DNA from: Okamejei kenojei
Lineage: Eukaryota
Assembly (NCBI GenBank): GCA_035221665.1
Contig: JAVHYY010000086.1
Span: forward strand, 372,001 to 436,000
Direction: 5' to 3'
Length of the DNA: 64,000 nucleotides
In this document: positions 60,327 through 64,000 of the stretch, piece by piece
Numbering within the stretch: position 1 is the stretch's first letter
How the letters are laid out: the number at the start of each line of letters is the position of its first letter
Notes under the pieces: generated by a model
What the model saw: the letters and a program-made list of their open reading frames with translations, nothing else
Told to the model about the DNA's origin: nothing
Database searches by the model: none
Program-made: the position numbers and the translations under genes

Positions 60327-61543
60327 AGTTTTCTTTTTGGTGGCATATGTTAAGGGGAATTGGAGAACACGGCCCTGGATTGGTCGAACGGGCTGCAAAA
60401 CTGAAATTGTACGGAACACGGCAAATTATCGCAGTGGGATTTCTCTGGGAACTGTGCTGAACATTATTAAAAGGACCCGATCAGTCGGAATGTGCTGTGT
60501 AAAAAATGGAGAGGTTTAAATTGAGAGCCTTCAATGTACTGTCTCTGCTTTGTGCCTCTGAGCATCGCACCACCCTCATTCCCGTCGAGTAAAGGGGACG
60601 TGTTGTTCTGATGGAGAAGAATGCCGCTCCTGTTTGCTCCTCAGTTGTGGTCCAGCAGGCGATTGCCGTGGGTTATTGGAGCGCTGCAGTCGTGCGTCAG
60701 TTGAGAGCTGATGAAGTGGACGCTGATGAAGGTTCACTGTCATCAATGGATCAACAGTGTGAGGCCGCAATGCAACCCGAGAGCTGAGGCTGTACTTAAT
60801 AAAAACAGCAGATTTAATAACCTGGAGATCCGGAACGGGAAGATCGATGTTGACTGTTAATGCGTGCAGTGGGCGCCAATCGCCAGCAATGAACTAGGCT
60901 CAAGGTTGCAGCGATTGCTAAGACCGCCTCTGAGGGAGAGAAACGCAGGTTGGGGGTGGAGGTGGTTTGGGAAATAGACGAATAGCGTAAGTCTGTAAAC
61001 CGAGAGAGTGCTCCAAAGATACTCCCTCCCTTATTGGGGACTGTCGGACTATATTTAATCGGACTTTACTGCGCTTTATCTTGGACCAAACGTTAATCTC
61101 TTTATCATGTTTTTGTACACTGTGGATGGCTAGATGGTAATTATGTGCTGCCTTTCTGCTGAATAGTTGGCAAGCAACAACAGCTTTTCATTTTCCGTCT
61201 GTAAACGTGACGATAAACAATAGATGATATGTGCAAGATTAGGCCATTCGGACCTTCGAGCCAGCACCGCCATTCAATGTGATCATATATATAACCATAT
61301 AACCATATAACAATTACAGCACGGAAACAGGCCCTCTCGGCTCTTCCAGTCTGATCATCTGATCATCTACAATCAATACCCCGAAAACTGCGTTTTTTTT
61401 TTTTTTTTCCTCCCATTATCCCCTGGAGGGAAAGTCGAGATATCTCAGCAGAAAGATGGGATTTTGATGAATAGAAACACGTAGGGTGCAACATATGCTG
61501 ACAATTGACCAATATCTTGATTTATATATCGATATCTGGATTT

Positions 61544-61992
61544 NNNNNNNNNNNNNNNNNNNNNNNNNNNNNNNNNNNNNNNNNNNNNNNNNNNNNNNNN
61601 NNNNNNNNNNNNNNNNNNNNNNNNNNNNNNNNNNNNNNNNNNNNNNNNNNNNNNNNNNNNNNNNNNNNNNNNNNNNNNNNNNNNNNNNNNNNNNNNNNNN
61701 NNNNNNNNNNNNNNNNNNNNNNNNNNNNNNNNNNNNNNNNNNNNNNNNNNNNNNNNNNNNNNNNNNNNNNNNNNNNNNNNNNNNNNNNNNNNNNNNNNNN
61801 NNNNNNNNNNNNNNNNNNNNNNNNNNNNNNNNNNNNNNNNNNNNNNNNNNNNNNNNNNNNNNNNNNNNNNNNNNNNNNNNNNNNNNNNNNNNNNNNNNNN
61901 NNNNNNNNNNNNNNNNNNNNNNNNNNNNNNNNNNNNNNNNNNNNNNNNNNNNNNNNNNNNNNNNNNNNNNNNNNNNNNNNNNNNNNNNNNNN
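61544..61992. other. Assembly gap (N run)
   Basis: Run of N. Confidence 0.99.
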
Positions 61993-63008
61993 AGAAACAT
62001 AGGAAACCATATAACATAGGTGCAGGGAGTAGGTCATTCGGCCCTTCGAGCCTGCACCGCCATTCAATATGATCATGGCTGATCATCCAACTCAGTTATC
62101 CCGTACCTGCCTTCTCTCCATACCCCCTGATCCCTCTAAGCCACAAGGCTACATCTAACTCCTCTTAAATATTGCCAATGAACTGGCCTCCAACTACCTT
62201 CTGTGGCGGAGAATTCCAGAGACTCACCACTCTCTGGTGTGAAAAAAAAATGTTTTCCTCATCTTGGTCCTAAAAGATTTCCTCCTTATCCTTAAACTGT
62301 GACCCCCTTGTTCTGGACTTCCCCCCCAAACATCGGGAACAATCTTCCAAACATCTAAGTCTGTCCAACCCGTTAAAGTAGTTTTATATAAGTTTTCTAT
62401 AAGATCCCCCCCCCTCAATCTTCTAAAATTCTAGCGATTACAAGCTGAGCCTATCCAGTCTTTCTTCATATAAAAGTTCCTAACATCCCAGGAATCCGTA
62501 TGGTGAACCTTCTCTCCTCTGTACTCCCTCTATGGCAATAATTTATTTCCTCAGATTTGGAGACCAAACCTGTACGCAAAAAAAACTCCAGGTGTGGTCT
62601 CACCAAAGACCCTGTACAACTGCAAGTAGAAACCTCCCTGCTCCTGTATTCAAATCATTTTGCTATGAATGCTAACATACCATTTGCTTTCTTCACTGCC
62701 TGCTGCACCTGCATTGCCTACTTTCAATGACTGGTGTACCACGACGCCCAGGTCTCCTTGCATCTCCACTTTTCCTAATCGGCCACCATTCAGATAATAG
62801 TCTACTTTCCTGTATTTGCCACCAAAGTGCATAACCTCACATTTATTCACATTATTCTACATCTGGCATACATTTGCCTACTCACCCAGCCTATCCAAGT
62901 CACCTTGCAGCCTCCTAGCATCATCCTCACAGCTAACACTGACCCCTGGCTTTGTGTGATCCGCAAACCAGGAGAAATTGCATCCAATTCCCTTGTCCAA
63001 ATCATTAA
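61993..63008 (-). mobile_element. CR1 LINE 3' part, interrupted at 63008 by an LTR
   Basis: Colinear with 44901-45880 but with many homopolymer indels (low-quality sequence next to the gap). Confidence 0.85.
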
Positions 63009-64000
63009 TGTGAGGGATAAAGTGATTAAACCCTATTAAAGAAAGGAGTTTTAAAGAGAATTCAAACAGAGAGGGGCTGGAGAGAGGATTCTGACACAGC
63101 AGTGTCTGAAGGTTGCCAGACCCATCCTCGAGTCCTTGAGTAAGAAGAGATTCATTGTATAACTAGAGAAGGGGGTGATGTAGAGAGATCCCTATCAGTG
63201 GAAAGGAGTGTTAGATGGGACCCTTGGTACTATAGCTTAGCTTTAGTACTGATATAGGAAAACTGAGAGGGTTCACTAGGAGGTGAGTAAAACTGGGCCA
63301 GGTCATGAGCAATTGAGCATACTTAATAGAATAAATGAATATTACAACACACCCCAGGTCAAGAAATTGCTCATTACCTATGAACATGTTTGAACATGCA
63401 ATGTATGATATGGGAGGGTGCGAGGGGATGTACGGTGGGAGGTACCTACAGATTGTGCACCTCCGACCCTGATTGGAGAAAGGTCCGGAGGGGAGATTGA
63501 ATGTAAGATTTTGTGTATAAAGGGGGATGATCTCTCTGGCTTCAGTGTGTCTCGAGTTGCAGAGGCACCCGGTCTGCAGACTCGTAAAATAAAGAAATCT
63601 CTGCTTCCAGGATTTAGTCTTTGAGTATTAATTGTGAGCATAAAGGGTATCTCACAAATTTGGCGGCTCGTCCGCGATCGCCACTACCCGGCTGGCTTGG
63701 TGCAGGCAAAGAAGGAGGGGAAGGTGCACCCTGCTGATTTCAGCAGTCTCTGATCTCCTTGCTTGCCAAATCAGCAGTTTGAGCGAGTGATATCCGCTGG
63801 AAAAGACTCGGGAAGCAAGAGGGGGTGTAAGGTAAATACGTACGGGACGGTCGAGTGATTCTTGTGCACAGGACCCAGGTAAGAAAAACGACTATTAAAA
63901 TATTGCCTGGGCGACCGGGGTTTTGTCGGACGGGAATAGTCCGACAAGGTAATGGGAAACCGGAACGGGAGGAGTAAGGTCCGGGAAACCGGGATGAGGC
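63009..64000 (+). mobile_element. Endogenous retrovirus 5' end: LTR 63009-63656, PBS tRNA-Pro 63661-63678, leader, probable gag start at 63952
   Basis: Terminal inverted repeat TGTGAG...CTCACA, TATAA at about 63516, AATAAA at about 63588. TGGCGGCTCGTCCGCGAT matches the Pro PBS TGGGGGCTCGTCCGGGAT at 16/18. Donor-like CAGGTAAG at about 63876 and ATG-GGA (Met-Gly) at 63952. Confidence 0.82.

Noticed and set aside
61416-62086. Long ORFs spanning N runs (also 56562-57098)
   Set aside because: Artefacts of assembly gaps.

Overview
Eukaryotic (vertebrate) DNA from a cartilaginous fish, probably a skate/ray (inferred from the repeat content and gene types, not proven). The window is part of the V-segment region of the T-cell receptor alpha/delta locus. 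It holds two apparently intact conventional TCR alpha/delta V genes in opposite orientations (2553-3060 +; 23350-24362 -). At 57161-60326 (-) there is a complete NAR-TCR cassette: leader, a VNAR-like V lacking CDR2 (22-RSS), one D (12/12-RSS), an Ig-type J (23-RSS) and a leaderless supporting TCR-delta V (23-RSS). The J splices in frame onto the supporting V, which predicts a doubly rearranging, two-V-domain TCR chain. Interspersed among the V segments are orphan class A GPCR genes of the GPR139/GPR142-like type: two intact two-exon tandem paralogues and one pseudogene. The rest is mostly transposable elements: a full-length decayed DIRS1-type tyrosine-recombinase retrotransposon with recognisable ITRs and ICR, a near full-length CR1 LINE plus many fragments, Penelope-like pieces with hammerhead-ribozyme-like cores, Rex1/Babar-like fragments, SINEs, and the 5' LTR/PBS-Pro of an endogenous retrovirus at the right edge. 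There are two assembly gaps. No CRISPR, rRNA or tRNA genes were seen. Exon and RSS coordinates were read by hand; TE boundaries are approximate.
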